A DNA stretch of 63,046 bases, the filler included, from Octopus bimaculoides (taxonomy: Eukaryota): the NCBI RefSeq assembly GCF_001194135.2. It is 6 parts of 6 records of this genome, joined end to end, with 100 filler letters (N's around TTAATTAATTAA, not from the genome) between each part and the next. Parts side by side here need not be neighbours in the genome. Positions count along the whole stretch, not along the records: positions 1 to 21,750 come from NC_068986.1; 5 more parts are not named here. One strand, given 5' to 3'. This document shows positions 1 to 11,968 of this stretch, piece after piece (positions within the stretch are counted from its first letter, which is position 1; every line of letters begins with the position of its first letter). The translations under genes were made by a program, and so were the position numbers. The notes below the pieces were generated by a model. The model was not told the origin of the DNA, did not search any database, and was given only the letters and a program-made list of their open reading frames with translations.

Positions 1-290
1 ATATATATATATATATATATACATTTATGTGTGTGTATGTTTGTGTCTGTGTTTGTCCCCCACTACCACCACCACCACCACCACCACTACCATCACTAGA
101 CAATCGATGTTGGTGTGTTCATGTCCCGTAACTTAGCGGTTCGGCAAAAGAGGCGATAGAATAAATACTTCGCTTACAAAGAAAAGTCCTGGGGTCAATT
201 TCTTCAACTGAAAAGACCCTTTTAGGCGGTGCTCCAGCATGGCCGCAGTGAAATGGTTGAAACAAGTAAAAGAAGAAAAGAACAAAAGAA
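1..290 (+). mobile_element. SINE-C 3' half with internal microsatellite
   Basis: GTGTTTGTCCCC..CGATGTTGGTGTG..GTGCTCCAGCATGGCCGCAG..GAAACAAGTAAAAGAA. Confidence 0.85.
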
Positions 291-1432
291 TATATATATA
301 TATTCGTGTAGCTGATTTTAGCTGGGGTTACGTTGCTCCGTTTAATTTTGATACGAAGCTATTATTGTTATTTACAATACTTATGTAGATGTTAGCTGCC
401 TGTTTAATATTATGTGATGTCTTACTCGTAGTATTTTGTAAGTAGAAAAAATAGCAAATCTGTGCTACATTAATAAAAAGAGGTTGTTGTAAGTGTGATA
501 CCGTTTCTAATGCCTTGAGAACACAAAATTACTCAATAGTTATTGTGGTTATTTATATAGTGTCGTTGCTATTGAGTTCTGTGAAGGAAAACTGATTCAA
601 AATTAGACTATCAGACTTTTTATTGATAATTCTGTATTTAGAGTCATTTAATGTTGTACTCTATTACTGGTTTCAGTGTTCTTTGTCGATAACGATGATG
701 GTGATGATGATGAAGAGAAGGAGGAAGATAATTTATTTGTTTTTGTTTAACCCAAATCAATTGGGATGAAGCAAACTAATAATTAAAAGACACTCCAACC
801 ATGGCCATCGCGTTTTTTTTTTTTTTTGTTTGTTTGTAGCAGACTACCTTGCAATGGTTGATATATCCTACATTATTCAAACGAGGGAAGTTTTACCTGA
901 AAATTCTCTCGAAAGGATTTTGCGACGAACTTGAATGAGGGAATCATTCAATTTTCAGAACAGTGGAATTATCCCCATCATTTCACTCTATTCCTTTCTA
1001 TCCCTGCATCTCTTTTCTAACATTCTCTATCTGTCTCTATTTTGCTATTCCAGAGAGCGGCAACGAGAGCGAAAGAAAGAATTCTTTATAACAAAACCTG
1101 AATGAAAAAGAAAAACAAAGTGTTTGACGTCACACAAACGTATTTTAGAATCTTTCTTCCCTCACACTACCACACTTTCCCATCTTTCTGTGTTTCTACT
1201 CTTATCAATACTAAACCATCTCAACTCTCTACCTTTCTCCCTTCTCCCCTCTTAACGGAAGGTAGAGTGTGATTTGATGGGGATCTGCTTGCTGTATCTC
1301 GAAATAAATGTTATGGATTCCTTCTTTGTGACATGATGAATAATAATATATATATGGTTTTGTGTATGTTAGTTTTGTACTGTCTACATGTAAAGTGGGG
1401 CACACACACACATACACACACACACACTTACT

Positions 1433-1538
<106 letters not shown>

Positions 1539-3902
1539 TATACTTAACTCATACGTCTGTATATAGATTATAAACCACTTCTTTTTCAGCGTTTCAAATA
1601 ATTGAATATTATTATCAATGAAAATATGGGTAAACTATAATTCATACCTATTTTTAATATAAACATCATGATATCTTTTTTCTTGTGTTTTGTTTTTTGT
1701 TTAGTTGTTCGATGTTTGTGTAACGTTTAACTTATTTCTAGTTAATACTTTTATACGAATTTGTGTGTTTGTATATAGTTTTGAGACAAGATTTTTATGT
1801 GTAATGGTGTCTATATAAAATATATTTGTTGGGGGAGAGAAGGAAAGAAAGAAACTGATATTAATCTACATTTAAATATGAAATATAGGACATAGGTGTA
1901 TTCAAGGTAAATTTCGTGTATTTCTTTTCATTTACAGTAGTTAAGTAAGTGAAGCGAAAGAGCAAGTGAGCGTTCAAGGTCGTCGTTGTTATTCGAAACA
2001 GAAGCATTTTAATGGAACACATTTCATGTAGGTTCCAATTCTCATTAAATCATCTCCAACACTCCCTGCCAACATGCCAAGATGGTACGTAGACTGTATC
2101 TTAATGTACACATGACGTAACAACTAAAGTAGGATCAGCCCACAAGCCGAAGTGCAGTCAGGTAACTAAATATATTCTTAACTGTTTGCTGCTTCTGAAA
2201 ACGTGTCAGCCTGACATTTGGCTTACAGCAGACACAACATACAACCTTGCACCCACCCAACCACTCCGTATATTTGTTTCACCCTCTCTGTTATCTCCTC
2301 CTGTACATATACATACACACATACACACGCATACATACATGCATACATACATACGTACATACATACATACATACATACATACATANNNNNNNNNNNNNNN
2401 NNNNNNNNNNNNNNNNNNNNNNNNNNNNNNNNNNNNNNNNNNNNNNNNNNNNNNNNNNNNNNNNNNNNNNNNNNNNNNNNNNNNNNNNNNNNNNNNNNNN
2501 NNNNNNNNNNNNNNNNNNNNNNNNNNNNNNNNNNNNNNNNNNNNNNNNNNNNNNNNNNNNNNNNNNNNNNNNNNNNNNNNNNNNNNNNNNNNNNNNNNNN
2601 NNNNNNNNNNNNNNNNNNNNNNNNNNNNNNNNNNNNNNNNNNNNNNNNNNNNNNNNNNNNNNNNNNNNNNNNNNNNNNNNNNNNNNNNNNNNNNNNNNNN
2701 NNNNNNNNNNNNNNNNNNNNNNNNNNNNNNNNNNNNNNNNNNNNNNNNNNNNNNNNNNNNNNNNNNNNNNNNNNNNNNNNNNNNNNNNNNNNNNNNNNNN
2801 NNNNNNNNNNNNNNNNNNNNNNNNNNNNNNNNNNNNNNNNNNNNNNNNNNNNNNNNNNNNNNNNNNNNNNNNNNNNNNNNNNNNNNNNNNNNNNNNNNNN
2901 NNNNNNNNNNNNNNNNNNNNNNNNNNNNNNNNNNNNNNNNNNNNNNNNNNNNNNNNNNNNNNNNNNNNNNNNNNNNNNNNNNNNNNNNNNNNNNNNNNNN
3001 NNNNNNNNNNNNNNNNNNNNNNNNNNNNNNNNNNNNNNNNNNNNNNNNNNNNNNNNNNNNNNNNNNNNNNNNNNNNNNNNNNNNNNNNNNNNNNNNNNNN
3101 NNNNNNNNNNNNNNNNNNNNNNNNNNNNNNNNNNNNNNNNNNNNNNNNNNNNNNNNNNNNNNNNNNNNNNNNNNNNNNNNNNNNNNNNNNNNNNNNNNNN
3201 NNNNNNNNNNNNNNNNNNNNNNNNNNNNNNNNNNNNNNNNNNNNNNNNNNNNNNNNNNNNNNNNNNNTATATAAATACATATATGCCTTATAAAATATGT
3301 TTGCATGTATGTCATTGCTTGTATGAATATAAATCATTTGAATTATTTATATGTTATGTTCGCGTGTTTAAATATACGTATTCATATGTCACTATTACAT
3401 TTGCTATTACATATTAAACTTCTGGAATGCTTTACATATTTTCAAAATTCCATTAACGGCTTGTAATTATAATTCCTTAATTAGTCATGTCTTTTATGGA
3501 TTTGCGAAATCCGCCTCTCATGATTAGCGTTGAGGCGGTTAGTTACATAACTATGTGCTCCAATAATCACATCTAAAAATTTAATATTATAGTCAGGCTG
3601 GTATATCTATCGACTTCTCAATAGTTATGTACAATATTTGGTTTTCATCTTTAACATTTAGCTAATGTTTGCTGGACAAATGATTCCTTCTACAGTGCTC
3701 ATTTTCTATTCTTTGTCACCTTATTATCTGTTTGTATTCTCTCTATATCGTTATGGTATTAAAGATTTTATCTTCAGTACTATTCGTTCTAGGGACTACA
3801 TAGCGTTTTGACAATGGCGTCAAAAGCGGTTAGTATCATGATGACCCTTTCAGAGAGCTGCTTATGATGGGGATTATATCTACAAAAATGTATTCATGTG
3901 TA

Positions 3903-4460
3903 TACATGGTGTTCGGGCTAAATGTGACAACATTTTATATCTCCTTTTTTCGGGAACAGCTTGATGTATTAGTAAACAGTCAACTTCGTTAGAGAGAATA
4001 AAGATTAGAGTTGTAGTTGAGAAAAACTCAAATGGAAGACTGGAAGCCATCTGAATATTGGAAAAGAATTATTAGTATCATGATAATTTGCGCCGGATAT
4101 CAAAATGCCTACATCATAACTGCTGCTCATTGTTCTGTGAACACTGTAAAGGCTATTAATGCGTAACATGAACAGCTGCAACGTAGACTACGAAGCTGTG
4201 GACAGCAAGAAATGACACAACAGACGTTGTGACTGCGTTCACATGCTACAGTTCATCCCCACACTTTAAACAGGGCTTTAGACACAATTCAGAGGGATAT
4301 GTGAAACTGCTGGAGGCAGTGGTCAAAGCTTGACTGGAGGGGGTTGCTGCTGGAACAAGTAGGCCTTAGGTATTAATTGTTTCAAAGAAAAAGTTTGTTA
4401 GAAATCTGACGAGTTGTATTTCAGCAAGAAACTTCATAAACAACTTCATGGCCAAAGCGT
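3903..4460 (+). mobile_element. Internally deleted relic of a similar DD37D/maT-like transposon
   Basis: MEDWKPSEYWKR..., CSVNTVKAI, DYEAVDSKK, then a jump to NSEGYVKLLEAVVKA*LEGVAAG. Confidence 0.55.
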
Positions 4461-4522
4461 CAAAGTGAGCTTTAGTTGTTTGTAGTTTATACATTATTAA
4501 AACTGGTATCCCCAATAATGAT

Positions 4523-4818
4523 GAAGGCGTATGACCTAGTGGTTAGGGTGCTGCGCTCACGATCATGAAATCGTGGTTTCAATTCCTAGACCGAGTAGTA
4601 CTTTGTGTCCTTGGGCAAACACTTCGTCTCACGTTGCTCTGCGATCACTACGACACCCGACGCGTGGCACACCGTTCACCTATTCAGGCAACATCGATTT
4701 GATGGAGAGAGTGAGCTGATGTACAGCATATACATTTGATCACTATAAACAAATCATTTGTGCAGGTCGTTCGGCATAAAAGTTGAACACTCATACATCG
4801 ACTTCGACGGGAGAGTCC
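4523..4818 (+). mobile_element. tRNA-head SINE family A (CORE-like middle), tail type 1
   Basis: GAAGGCGTATGACCTAGTGGTTAGG A-box, GGTTTCAATTCC B-box, TGTGTCCTTGGGCAAACACTT middle. Confidence 0.8.
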
Positions 4819-5676
4819 ATCATCTCCAATAAACTGCACCAGGGAATTTTAAAATCTTACATAGTGTTTGTGTAAATTATTCTACGCCCAAAACCAAGAA
4901 GTAACCAAATAACTGTAAATACCAACAGAAGTAACAGCAACCGAAATAACCAAGTACGCAGCAACAAAATTGTCCTGTTATGTTCTCTTGGTTATAAACG
5001 CAATGCCGTAACTATTGATAAATCAAACTAAAGCAAATTTTCTCTAATGTTTGAAACATCAAATCATCCATAGGTATATGTCAGGGACTCTTTAAGAGTC
5101 GTTACGGCAATTTCAAATCCCCTTTGCAATATGCAATTACAGAAACACTACAAATTTATCGAGCTATCTTTTGGTAACTAAAAGACATTAAGTTTAGAAT
5201 TTCATGATCTTTCTTAACTTATGGCTAAGATAACGAAAACATTTTCAGCAATGACGAAATTCCAAATTCTGACTAGAAAGACACACATTGTGAAGTAAAA
5301 TCAGTTCGTCAGATCTCATGAGAAAAACATTTCACATTTACAACCACAGTAAAAGACTCTAGAATAAGATTAAATCATCAGTTAAATATCGTCGCCCAAG
5401 TTAATCAACTGATAACACGGACAAAGCCAACTGGAAACTTACGATACATTTGTTATCACCCAATCTTAGCGGAGTTCTCCCCATCAACAACCAACTGACT
5501 GAAAGTTGCTTCCAAGTATGAAACTTATAAGTAAGGAGACGTGAAGTGGTTTGGACTAATATACACACTAAATTTACTCTATTTATTGTTTTGTATTCTC
5601 TTGACTTTATCCGAAATATTCCTTCTAAGAAGAGATATTTGCAAATACAAGCAGTGACTAATATATTTTATGTGTC

Positions 5677-6062
5677 GCCGGGCAAAATGCTCAGCGGTAT
5701 TTCATCCACCTTTACGTTCTGAGTTCAAATTCCGTTGAGGTTGACTTTGTCTTTCATCCTTTCGGGAAGAATAAAATAAGTACCAGCTGAACACTGAGGT
5801 CGATGTTATCGATTTATCCTTTCCCACTAAATTGCTGGTCTTGTGACAAAAATTTTAAATCAATATATTGTATGTGTAAGGGGTGAGCTGGCAGAATCGT
5901 TAGAACGCTAGGCAAATTGCTTAGCAGCATTTCGTCCGTCTTCACCGAGGTCGACTTCGCCTTTCATCCTTTCCGGGTCGATAAAATAAGTACCAGTTGA
6001 GCACTAGGATCGATGTAATCGATTTACCCCATCCAGCGAAATTTCTGGCCTTGTACCTAAAT
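5677..6062 (+). mobile_element. Two tandem SINE-B copies (second lacks the B box)
   Basis: Shared GAGGTCGACTTTGCCTTTCATCCTTTCGG..GATAAAATAAGTACCAG core at about 5740 and 5947. Confidence 0.85.
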
Positions 6063-6457
6063 CTTATACTAATGTATTGTATAAGTGTGTATAAACCTTT
6101 CATACATACATCTGTGTATATATCTAGTTCTCCCTCTCTCTCTCTCTCTCTCTCCTTCTCTCTCTCTCTCCCTCTCTCTCTCTCCCTATATATATATATA
6201 TGAGTAAATAAACATATATATGTATGTATGAATATACACACACATACACATACACACAGAGAAAGAGAGATAGAGAAAATGTTCTAACGCTTATAACCCA
6301 GTCAACATGAATTTTATAATCAATTTGACTCGGTGCCTAATGTTCAGTGCCTTCGAGAATAAAATTTCCATTATTATTCTTTAACATATTTTGAAATAAC
6401 AACGCCAGTTTAACACTCGAATAGATAAAGGATGTTTTCACACCATAGAAACTATGT

Positions 6458-6670
<213 letters not shown>

Positions 6671-7744
6671 CGAAAGGCTAGATATGACCTCGAAGCTACT
6701 CCCCCCTTAAAAACTCAAGACAGGTTATACGGCGAAAGTTATAATGCATATTGCATTAAATAAAAATATTTCTATGCAATGTATTATGTAAATTGGTATG
6801 TGCGTATACATAAATATCCTTACACCCATACCCACCTACATTATCTACACACATGCATAATAACACAGATACAAGCATACATAAATACATACATACATAC
6901 ATACATACACACATACGTACATACAGAGAAGTAGGTAAGCTCATCCATATTTGCTGTTATTTATTTATTTATTTATTTGGCGACCGCTTAATAGCATATG
7001 CATTCAAATCCATTTATATATAACATACTCGGTGGATACATACACNNNNNNNNNNNNNNNNNNNNNNNNNNNNNNNNNNNNNNNNNNNNNNNNNNNNNNN
7101 NNNNNNNNNNNNNNNNNNNNNNNNNNNNNNNNNNNNNNNNNNNNNNNNNNNNNNNNNNNNNNNNNNNNNNNNNNNNNNNNNNNNNNNNNNNNCCCACCCT
7201 TATATCACTCGACATCTACAAACAAAAAGTTTTAGTTATTTGAACGTGTCCTTAATACCTTGAAAGCAGTGGTACCCTCCACACTGTAACCCTGATACAC
7301 GTAATATATTCTTTTTTTTTTTCTGAATAATACAAATATACACACTGATCGCGAGCACATACACACACACACACATGCACACACACACACATGCACACAC
7401 ACACACATGCACACACACACACATGCACACACACACACGCACACATAGATACACACGCACACGAGGATGTGTATGTGTATATATATGTGCGCGCGTGTGC
7501 ATGTGCCTATATACACACACACACATGCATACATATATGTATGTTTATGTATGGATGTATGTACACATATGAATCTGTAATTGTATGTACCAATTTATAC
7601 ACACACGCACGCACACACACACACACACAAATACATACACACATGGCAAAAGTAAATAGACGTCATTTTTTTTCTTTTTTCGAAGGTTTATTTCTAGAAA
7701 CCAAATAATGCCATTTGATGCATTTAAATATTTAATCTAGTGTT

Positions 7745-8060
7745 GCATGGCTTAGTGATTAGAGCATCGGGCACACAATCATGAAGCAATGAGTTCGATT
7801 CCCGGACCGGGCTGTGTGTTGTGTTCTTGAGCAAGACACTTTATTCTTCATTGCTCTAGTTCACTCAGCTGTAGAAATGAGTTGCGGCGTCACTAGTGCC
7901 AAGCTGTACTGGCCTTTGCTTTTCCCTTAGATAACAACGGTGACGTAGAGAGGGGGCTGGTATGCACGGGCGACTGCTGGTCTTCCATAAAAGCAACCTT
8001 GCCCGGACCTGTGCCTTGGAGGGGAACTTTTAGTTATTTGAACGTCTCCTTAACTTTTTA
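7745..8060 (+). mobile_element. SINE family A, tail type 2
   Basis: TGGCTTAGTGATTAG..GAGTTCGATTCC..TGTGTTCTTGAGCAAGACACTTT..CACTCAGCTG. Confidence 0.85.
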
Positions 8061-8085
8061 GGTGCAATGCTGTAATCTTGTAATC

Positions 8086-8169
8086 TCTGTAAAAGAACTC
8101 GGAAGGTTATATCTCCAACCAGGCTTTTCACGATACCCTTAAAGCCAGGAACTTTTCAGCACCTCCTCA
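8086..8169. mobile_element. Partial copy of the same mariner MITE (one end)
   Basis: GAACTCGGAAGG...CCCTTAAAGCCAGGAACTTTTCAGCACCTCCTCA|TA matches the end of 20351-20566. Confidence 0.8.
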
Positions 8170-9090
8170 TATATATATGTATATATATATATTTATTTAT
8201 ATATAAAGAACAAAAAGTTTAGAAAGGTATAACAATGCACTATAGAACAAAAAATGGACTATATACCTGTTGTAACTTGGTTATTTANNNNNNNNNNNNN
8301 NNNNNNNNNNNNNNNNNNNNNNNNNNNNNNNNNNNNNNNNNNNNNNNNNNNNNNNNNNNNNNNNNNNNNNNNNNNNNNNNNNNNNNNNNNNNNNNNNNNN
8401 NNNNNNNNNNNNNNNNNNNNNNNNNNNNNNNNNNNNNNNNNNNNNNNNNNNNNNNNNNNNNNNNNNNNNNNNNNNNNNNNNNNNNNNNNNNNNNNNNNNN
8501 NNNNNNNNNNNNNNNNNNNNNNNNNNNNNNNNNNNNNNNNNNNNNNNNNNNNNNNNNNNNNNNNNNNNNNNNNNNNNNNNNNNNNNNNNNNNNNNNNNNN
8601 NNNNNNNNNNNNNNNNNNNNNNNNNNNNNNNNNNNNNNNNNNNNNNNNNNNNNNNNNNNNNNNNNNNNNNNNNNNNNNNNNNNNNNNNNNNNNNNNNNNN
8701 NNNNNNNNNNNNNNNNNNNNNNNNNNNNNNNNNNNNNNNNNNNNNNNNNNNNNNNNNNNNNNNNNNNNNNNNNNNNNNNNNNNNNNNNNNNNNNNNNNNN
8801 NNNNNNNNNNNNNNNNNNNNNNNNNNNNNNNNNNNNNNNNNNNNNNNNNNNNNNNNNNNNNNNNNNNNNNNNNNNNNNNNNNNNNNNNNNNNNNNNNNNN
8901 NNNNNNNNNNNNNNNNNNNNNNNNNNNNNNNNNNNNNNNNNNNNNNNNNNNNNNNNNNNNNNNNNNNNNNNNNNNNNNNNNNNNNNNNNNNNNNNNNNNN
9001 NNNNNNNNNNNNNNNNNNNNNNNNNNNNNNNNNNNNNNNNNNNNNNNNNNNNNNNNNCTTGTCCGTTAATTTTACTCGTTTATTTGAATT

Positions 9091-9145
<55 letters not shown>

Positions 9146-9157
9146 TATACGATACAT

Positions 9158-9330
9158 TGTGTTCTTGAGCAAAACACTTCATTTCACTTTGCTCCAGTCC
9201 ACTCAACTGGCAAAAATGAGTAATCCTGTGATGGACCAGCATCCTGTCCAGGTGGAGAATATATATGCCATGGAAACTGGGAAACCAGCCCTTGTAAGTC
9301 AGTATGACTCAAGAAGGTAAGAACTTCTCA
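9158..9330 (+). mobile_element. SINE family A, headless, tail type 3
   Basis: Starts at TGTGTTCTTGAGCAAAACACTT..GCTCCAGTCCACTCAACTGGCAAAAATGAGT. Confidence 0.75.
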
Positions 9331-9414
9331 GTGAAAACCTCGATGAAATGTAAACATAGTTATTTGGAACAGAGAAGAGAAACTATGTGCAGTAGTGGAA
9401 ATCAGTTGCCCAGC

Positions 9415-9564
9415 ACATTATTTACATTATTTACATTCGACAGATATTTGTCCTCATCTTGTTTGTTGTTAATACAACGTTTCGGCTGAAATACCCTCCA
9501 ACCTTCTTCAAGTGTCTTGGAGAAATTTCGAACCTGGCTTCTCATTCTTAAGGTATTTTTTGAT
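9415..9564 (-). mobile_element. Non-autonomous hammerhead-bearing (PLE terminal-repeat-like) element, left inverted copy
   Basis: Reverse complement of 9761-9920, with a (TGTAAATAA)n tail. Confidence 0.7.
9471..9516 (-). ncRNA. Degenerate copy of the same hammerhead (C3 to U, GUU triplet)
   Basis: Minus strand reads GACAC-UUGAAGA-A-GGUUG(GAGGGUAUUU)CAGCC-GAAA-CGUU-GUAUU. Confidence 0.6.
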
Positions 9565-9613
9565 ATTATTATTATTATTATTATTATTATTATCGTTGTT
9601 GTTGTTGTTGTCA

Positions 9614-9690
9614 CTGCTTGGAATCGAACACGGAATCTTGGGGTTAGTAGCCCGCGCTCTTAACCACTACACCATATGCCCCATGGGCAT
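9614..9690 (-). mobile_element. tRNA-like SINE head fragment between the inverted hammerhead elements
   Basis: Minus: GGGGCATATGGTGTAGTGGTTAAGAGCGCGGG..GTTCGATTCCAAGC; fold-back CCATATGCCC-CAT-GGGCATATGG at its 5' junction. Confidence 0.65.
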
Positions 9691-9701
9691 ATGGCGTTGT
9701 G

Positions 9702-9760
<59 letters not shown>

Positions 9761-9761
<1 letters not shown>

Positions 9762-9947
9762 TTGAAAAATACCTTAGGTTCGAAATTTCCCCAAGACACC
9801 TGAAGAAGGCTGGAGGGTATATCAGCCGAAACGTCGTGTTAACAACAAACAAGATGAGGACAAATATCCGTCGAATGTAAATAATGTAAATAATGTAAAT
9901 AATGTAAATAATGTACATAATTCCTCATCTCTTAAATATAGAACTGT
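9761..9947 (+). mobile_element. Non-autonomous hammerhead-bearing (PLE terminal-repeat-like) element, right copy
   Basis: Contains the 9795 hammerhead followed by four TGTAAATAA-type repeats. Confidence 0.7.
9795..9840 (+). ncRNA. Minimal type I hammerhead ribozyme (Penelope-like-element type)
   Basis: GACAC-CUGAAGA-A-GGCUG(GAGGGUAUAU)CAGCC-GAAA-CGUC-GUGUU: stem I GACAC/GUGUU, core CUGANGA at 9800-9806, extra A, 5-6 bp stem II, GAAA at 9828-9831, palindromic ACGU minimal stem III, GUC cleavage triplet (cut after 9835). Confidence 0.8.
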
Positions 9948-9949
9948 AC

Positions 9950-10300
9950 TATGTCCCAGTTTACTGTTTTTGTACTACTTTCCTCCTCATATGTCCGTTT
10001 ACTATCTACATAACAAATTATTTACTATTTACATATCAGTTTACTGTCTGCATATCAGTTTATTATATAGCAGTTTACAGTCTGTACTGGTCCACTGTCT
10101 ATATTTTTGTTTACTGTCTATATAACAGTTACTCTCTAGATAATAATCACACTATATATACCCGTTTACTAGTCTACTAGCCTGCTATCTATTTTGCCTG
10201 TAAATTGTCTATGTACTAGTTTATTGTATTTATACTTGTTTACTATTAAGAGTATATGGAGCAGTTCACTACTCTTTATGAATTTACCAGTTCTCTGTTT
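9950..10300. repeat. Highly degenerate tandem array of about 20 bp (CAGTTTACTGTCTATATAT-like)
   Basis: Recurrent GTTTACT.TCT motif at about 20-nt spacing. Confidence 0.5.
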
Positions 10301-11732
10301 ATGCCTGTGACATAGTAAAAAATTAATTAATTCAAATTTCCACGCTATCTATGTCTGTGATTACTTCATATTCCTGTCTTGGAAACACGACATTGATCAG
10401 TGTATTCTTAAGTCATCTTCCATTTGCTTAGATTCTTTATTTACATATTCTTTTTCTTCTTTTAAGCTTATAATTGATGTTTCTTATATCAAGTTTTAGC
10501 TTTCTTGACAACTATACCACTGTGTCACTTCATTTTCATACGTATAGCGCACTCCAAATCATTCTTATATTTCTTTAATATTTATCGCTCTTTATCTTGC
10601 TCTGTCTAACCTCTAACGTCTGCAATAGTATTTTTTACAACGCCACATGCATATATTAACTTCTTGACACTACAAGTCTCTCTCTCTCTCTCTCTCTCTT
10701 CCTCTCTCTCCTTTTCACTCTGTCTCTTTCTTTCTCTATTTCTCTATTTCTTCCTTTCTCTCTCTCCCCACACACATGCAAACACACATACAAACATGCA
10801 CACGCACTTATCAACTCTAAAAATTTAACACCATCACAAAAGCAGAAATAATTCTACAACACTATACGTAAATGTGGCTGTGAATACTAATGATATTCTT
10901 TCTGATAGTCAGCTAGAATTCTAAAAGTGAAAGTCATCTTTAAGACTTCCACAAAAAAAATGCTACATTGAAATGCTATAAGACCTCATGACATTTACAA
11001 TAATTTCCCATTTTTGTTTTGTTTTAATTTTTAAAAAATAAGATTTTCAGTTTTTATCTCCAACTGATCCGAAATATGTTTTTACAGGACTAATTGTCTT
11101 GTTTTTAATCAGAAAAAAATCTTAAAGTAACGTATGGGTTTTGAATAACATCGATCTATTACTATAGGATTCTCTGTTCGAAGCAAGTATTTTTAATTAG
11201 CTCGAAATAAAAAATTAATGATCAAATAACAAGGGAATATTTGATCTTTCTCAATAAATACTGTAGATATTTTTTTTTCTGTACAATATCTTTTTTCTAA
11301 ATAATAAAATCAAATCATCTACGATATAATGATCGGTTTCAGAATGTAAATGCAAGATCATATTTTTAATCCATACATATAAAATTCTTCGGACCATGAG
11401 CCACCTCTTTAAGGGGTCATAGTAGATGAAATTAGCTGAAATTTTACAATATAGAAATAATCTACTACAGTGCTACAAGTTAGATAAAAGTATAAAAACT
11501 ACATTGGAGAGAAAAATAGACATTCAATGCCAGACACTAACAACCCAAAAATTCGTTCCATTATTACACTTAAGGAATGCAACACGTGTATCAGAATCTA
11601 AATGAGAAAAAAATATAAATATAAAAGTAAAGTGGGTAGAAAAAAACAGTACAACCACTGCGAGAATGATTCCGGAACATGCCCCCACCCCAACCTGCAC
11701 TGCAGAAACCTACAAACATACAAACCTACAAA

Positions 11733-11968
11733 GGCGGTGAGCTGGCAGAATCATTAGCACGCTGGGTGAAATGCTTAGCGGTATTTCGTCTGCCGTTACG
11801 TTCTGAGTTCAAATTCCGCCGAGGTCGACTTTGCCTTTCATCCTTTCGGCGATCGATAAATTAAGTACCAATGAAACACTAGGGTCGATGTAATCGATTT
11901 AATCCCTCTGTCTGTCCTTGTTTTTGTCCCCTCTATGTTTAGCCCCTTGTGGGCAATAAAGAAATAAG
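11733..11968 (+). mobile_element. tRNA-derived SINE family B, full length with TSD
   Basis: A-box-like TGGCAGAATCAT, B-box-like GAGTTCAAATTCC, A-rich tail; AAACCTACAAA duplicated at 11722-11732 and 11969-11979. Confidence 0.9.

Noticed and set aside
2186-3417. Long ORFs spanning N runs (also at 8.2, 12.6, 14, 23, 24.4, 27.4, 31.8, 39 and 41 kb)
   Set aside because: Open only because N codons are not stops.
9614-9690. Functional tRNA gene (also the SINE heads at 4523, 7745, 39990)
   Set aside because: A and B boxes are present but the acceptor and anticodon stems do not close; these are SINE heads.
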